A model generated the notes under the pieces. It saw only the letters and a list, made by a program, of their open reading frames with translations, had not been told where the DNA came from and made no database searches. From an uncultured archaeon (lineage in GTDB: Archaea; Asgardarchaeota; Jordiarchaeia; Jordiarchaeales; Jordiarchaeaceae), in assembly GCA_964510585.1 (NCBI GenBank), contig CAZECW010000130.1:1-8921 (forward strand): 8,921 nucleotides of DNA, given 5' to 3'. Numbering within the stretch: the first letter of the stretch is position 1; every line of letters begins with the position of its first letter. Made by a program: the position numbers and the translations under genes. Below, piece by piece: positions 6,805-8,921 of the stretch.

Positions 6805-8248
6805 TCTCCTTTCTCCTCCCAGCATCTTTTAATCTTTTCAAGTCCCTCGTTCTCTGAAGCTCATCCCATAATCCCATAATTCCAGTTTTAATTGAACCCT
6901 TAACAGCCCTCATCAACTGCTCCAAATTAACCATAGCCACATTTTTAGCAGAGGAAACCACACTTGGCCCACCCTCAAACCTCGCCTTCAAAGGAATAGA
7001 TGAGAGACTATAAGCCAAGTCCGCAATCCTCTTCTGATCCTCAAGAGGATTCCTAGAAACAAACTCATACTTTGTAACAAACGGCTTCTTCATAACATAA
7101 AACTCATATATGTCCTCGGTTGGAGGCTTACCCTTCTCACGCCCCCTCCTTATGAGGCAAGTTGAATCACCATCCCTCAAAACCATAGAGAGAAAATTCA
7201 AATCGTTGGTGGAGCCCAAATCCCGCTTCAAAACCCCACGAACTATTTTAAAGAAAAAGTTATCCATAGAAATTGGAACCACACCCACAGGAACAACATC
7301 CCTCTTCCCCGCAGCCTCAAGAAAATTGTAATACAACTCGTGGCAGCGATCCCTCAAACGCACAAGCTCCCTTGAGTAAACCATAAAGCCATGAGGAGCA
7401 AGAGAACCCAACCTAAAAAACACCTGGAAACGGTCACCAAACTCCTCAATCATCTCAATCGCCAAACGGTAATGCTGAATCTCCCTCAAATAACGCGCAG
7501 CAATACTCCTACCAGCCTCCAAAAGCTCAGGAAAATCAGTCGACATCTCAAAAAAAGGCTCACCCTCAACAAAAGGCTCCAAACCCCTATAAGAATGAAG
7601 ATCCGGAAAATAGCGAGACAAAGACTTACCCTGATCCAAAAAATTCTTATCAAAAAAACCCAAATACGCCCCACTACTCAAAGCAACCACAGAAAGAAGA
7701 GAAAAATCAAGAAGAGCCCAATGCTCCAACCTATGAGCAGAAGCAGAACCACAAACAAAAACATTATCCAAAAACAAGTCACCAGCAAACTTCGGCAAAA
7801 CCAAAGTCTCACCAAGCAAACAATCCGCAAAACCCGTATCCTCCACCCTAACCCCACACAGCCTCTCCCTAACCTCACCCCCCAATATCTTGGGAAAATC
7901 CAGCTTCTCAAGAAGCCGACGAACCTTATCCGAAACCACCTCTGCCTGCGCCGCAACATCCTGACCCACAAAATCCTCAACCAAAACAGAAGACTTAGGC
8001 TCAAAGAGCAGCTCCCCTGTGACATCGTCAACCCGACTGGTATTCACCCGATACCTCCCAGCACCCTCATAGGTTAGAATATCCAAATTTGACAGGTCGT
8101 CAAGATAATCTTTAACCGCACGCTCAGTCAAATCCACTCTGTCAGCAAGGGAGGCTACATCCACTACTCCCCGCTCCGTAAATATTTCAAGGCAAGCATT
8201 TAGAATGAGAGTCAGCCTTGCACGGTAAGTTGATCCAGTCCGCCCCAT
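6788..8248 (-). CDS. N-terminal winged-helix fused to a NurA-like domain with apparently substituted catalytic residues
   Basis: Residues ~11-70 form a wHTH (VASLADRVDLTERAVKDYLDDLSNLDILTYEGAGRYRV). NurA-like motifs occur in order: VCGS, RLGSL.P, VGVVP, NDLNFLSMVLRDGDS, EFYVMK, KYEF, GGPSVVSSAKNVA. The gene overlaps herA. Confidence 0.72.
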   Translation of the reverse strand: MGRTGSTYRARLTLILNACLEIFTERGVVDVASLADRVDLTERAVKDYLDDLSNLDILTYEGAGRYRVNTSRVDDVTGELLFEPKSSVLVEDFVGQDVAAQAEVVSDKVRRLLEKLDFPKILGGEVRERLCGVRVEDTGFADCLLGETLVLPKFAGDLFLDNVFVCGSASAHRLEHWALLDFSLLSVVALSSGAYLGFFDKNFLDQGKSLSRYFPDLHSYRGLEPFVEGEPFFEMSTDFPELLEAGRSIAARYLREIQHYRLAIEMIEEFGDRFQVFFRLGSLAPHGFMVYSRELVRLRDRCHELYYNFLEAAGKRDVVPVGVVPISMDNFFFKIVRGVLKRDLGSTNDLNFLSMVLRDGDSTCLIRRGREKGKPPTEDIYEFYVMKKPFVTKYEFVSRNPLEDQKRIADLAYSLSSIPLKARFEGGPSVVSSAKNVAMVNLEQLMRAVKGSIKTGIMGLWDELQRTRDLKRLKDAGRRKENAEKN

Positions 8249-8270
8249 CCTTGATCACACTCCGCTCCAT

Positions 8271-8290
8271 ATTCGAAATATATTTCGAAT
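8271..8290. promoter_or_regulatory. Perfect 20-bp palindrome, putative operator of the wHTH-NurA/herA operon
   Basis: ATTCGAAATA|TATTTCGAAT lies 22 bp upstream of ATG 8248. A minus-strand TATA-like CTTTATA is at 8323-8317. Confidence 0.6.
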
Positions 8291-8379
8291 CCGTAATATT
8301 ATATCCATAAAGACAATATAAAGACACCGATAAAAACAAAACTTCAAAATAGCGAAAAACTCGGTTAGTTAAAAACTTC

Positions 8380-8799
8380 AATTATAGAAACAAAAGAAAA
8401 TAAAATTATGTGGAGAACTAAATAAATAAAAACTGAACACCACATCACCTCCACAGGAAATTTAGGAGAACCGAAAACAGCGAAAAAAACAGGAAAAACC
8501 ACAAAAAACAAAAAAACAAAACAAAAACCACAAAAAATCCATCAAAGAAAAAATTTTAATAAAAAAAAGAAAAACAAAATTATGAAAATCCAAATAATTG
8601 AAATCAGAATTTCCAACGTCGAAACAACGCAGAGCAGAAATATAACATACTCAAATTTGCTGAAGAAGGCGTAAGAAGTCTCCCCGATTACTCGAACACA
8701 TTTATAAAGCACCAGCAATTTTGCCAGTGTTCGAGTGGACTCTACAAAAAGAAGCATTTATAAGCCACCAAAACAAAAAATAAACCATATAATATAACC
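8380..8799 (+). promoter_or_regulatory. CRISPR leader region (left boundary approximate)
   Basis: A-rich, no credible ORF, directly abutting the first repeat. Confidence 0.5.
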
Positions 8800-8921
8800 C
8801 TTGCAAAAAGAGTTCCTCAGCAACGAGGATTGAAAGTATTCCGCATTTTTGTGAGAATGGGGACTTTTTGGTTAACTTGCAAAAAGAGTTCCTCAGCAAC
8901 GAGGATTGAAAGTATTTATAG
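8800..8921 (+). CRISPR. Start of a CRISPR array: two identical 37-bp repeats, one 39-bp spacer and part of a second spacer
   Basis: CTTGCAAAAAGAGTTCCTCAGCAACGAGGATTGAAAG at 8800-8836 and 8876-8912; internal hairpin CCTC-AGCAAC-GAGG directly before the 8-nt ATTGAAAG tag. The array is cut off by the window end. Confidence 0.85.

Noticed and set aside
5167-6879. Short plus-strand ORFs opposite herA, and antisense ORFs within 2248-3375
   Set aside because: Antisense to well-supported genes, with no motifs of their own.
7391-8077. Long plus-strand ORF (228 aa) and alternative minus-frame ORFs 7486-7674 and 7678-8031
   Set aside because: Shadows of the nurA-like gene. The extreme A+C skew removes stop codons and gives K/Q/T/N-rich or L/W/R/V-rich nonsense peptides.
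8494-8537. AAAAACCACAAAAAA repeated at 8494-8508 and 8523-8537
   Set aside because: Low-complexity A/C tract in the leader; not degenerate CRISPR repeats.

Overview
Archaeal window (GGTG/GGAGG ribosome-binding sites, TATA-like promoters, 37-bp CRISPR repeat ending ATTGAAAG). A stand-alone longin-like gene suggests an Asgard host, which is inference only. It reads as a defence/accessory island. From left to right: a UPF0175 gene; a relBE toxin-antitoxin pair bracketed by two related non-coding elements resembling orphan tnpB 3'-end/omegaRNA modules; a longin-like plus FprA-like metallo-beta-lactamase (MBL) operon; a 180-bp MITE; a three-gene HEPN operon; a decayed vapBC; a minus-strand operon encoding a winged-helix-fused NurA-like protein with apparently substituted catalytic residues plus an intact HerA ATPase; and, divergent from it, a CRISPR leader and the start of an array. 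The best candidate for an undescribed system is wHTH-'dead NurA' + HerA, which has a perfect 20-bp palindrome in its promoter and lies back-to-back with the CRISPR leader. All family calls come from motif recognition by eye; no searches were run.
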